This document shows positions 63,011-64,000 of a stretch of DNA of 64,000 bases, piece by piece; the stretch's first letter is position 1; each line of letters starts with the position of its first letter. Position numbers and translations under genes: made by a program. Below the pieces are notes generated by a model. The model saw only the letters and a program-made list of their open reading frames with translations, had not been told where the DNA came from and did not search any database. The stretch is taken from NCBI RefSeq assembly GCF_963921235.1, contig NC_086118.1, forward strand, positions 15,130,001 to 15,194,000, read 5' to 3'. Source of the stretch: Mobula hypostoma (taxonomy: Eukaryota).

Positions 63011-63521
63011 TCATTCGTAAGGCCAGTGATGTTGTGGGGTCATTCGTAAGGCCAGTGATGTTGTGGGGATGGAACTGGACTCTGATGGTGGTGTCTGAAA
63101 AGAGGATGCTGTCTAAGTTGCATGCCATCTTGATCAATGTCTCCCATCCAATACATAATGTACTGGTTGGGCACAGGAGTACATTCAGCCAGAGACTCAC
63201 TTCTCTGAGATGCAGCACAGAGCGTCATAGGAAGTCATTCCTGCCTGTGGCCATCAAACTTTACAACTCCTCCCTTGGAGGGTCAGACACCCTGAGCCAA
63301 CAGGCTGGTCCTGGACTTAATTCATAATTTACTGGCATAACTTACATATTACTATTTTCTACTACTATTCCTTTACTATTTATTATTTCTATGACTATTA
63401 CTATTTACTAATAGTAATATTGCTATTACTATTTCTATTACTACTTATTATTTATGGTGCAACTGGAACAAAAACCAATTTCCCCCGGGATCAATAAAGT
63501 ATGACTATGACTACGACTATG
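63011..63521 (+). mobile_element. Rex1/Babar 3' end with a 29-bp tandem duplication at its 5' junction
   Basis: SHPIHNVL..STFSQRL..CSTERHRKSFLPVAIKLYN; GGGATCAATAAAGT(ATGACT)n tail. Confidence 0.88.
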
Positions 63522-64000
63522 AATTACAATCCTACACTGGGGTTCATTTGCACTTTGCTGCTTATGTTTATAAAGCCGAAGAAAAATACTTCCAGGGCAG
63601 GTTAGCTATTGTGTTGAGATCCCTGGCCGCCTCGTCTTAGGCCATGTTTCTTTTTCCCCCCAAACTTTCACAGGAAGTCCACCTCACAGTATTTTACTTA
63701 GGGGCTAATCTCACTGCAGCCAGGCAGTTGCATTGACAGAATGGCTTTGACAGCTGGATAAGACATGCCCCACAGGCTCAGTGACTGCCAGAGTTGTTGC
63801 ATGTGTTTGATATTCATATTCACTTAAAGTTTACTAAAATTAAATAACTAAAAAAAAGTTTTTTTTGGAGATAAGGGATTAAAACATATAGAACATACAT
63901 CAAGACAATATTTAAAATATTTAAGATAACAACTAAATACTCCATTTTCATTGCTAATTTCACCCTTTCATTTGAGTGGTCACATTGCATTTGCATCAGG

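Noticed and set aside
1..64000. CRISPR arrays, rRNA or prokaryotic defence systems
   Set aside because: None seen; recurring repeats are dispersed transposon termini, not regularly spaced arrays

Overview
Repeat-rich eukaryotic intergenic or intronic DNA. The repeat set (HER1/CR1, Rex1/Babar, V-/Deu-SINEs, and Penelope-like elements with 'CAACACACACAAAATGCTGGAGGAACTCAGC' ends) suggests a cartilaginous fish, probably a ray; this is an inference. I cannot support any intact host gene or exon. The window holds decayed retroelements and DNA transposons: Penelope-like elements (PLE; RT + GIY-YIG, Neptune-like), a near full-length RTE LINE with a 9-bp TSD, a 5-kb CR1 with nested insertions, Rex1 fragments, Tc1, Tigger and hAT relics, and SINEs. 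The most interesting layer is RNA structure. PLE termini carry minimal hammerhead ribozyme motifs: two have intact cores and one subfamily shares an A6C core change. Many short PLE-derived foldback elements have 12-15 bp TSDs and inversion points at the hammerhead. Heads of RTE-related elements show degenerate HDV-like folds (three loci) and a possible twister-like fold (one locus). All ribozyme calls are made by eye and untested.
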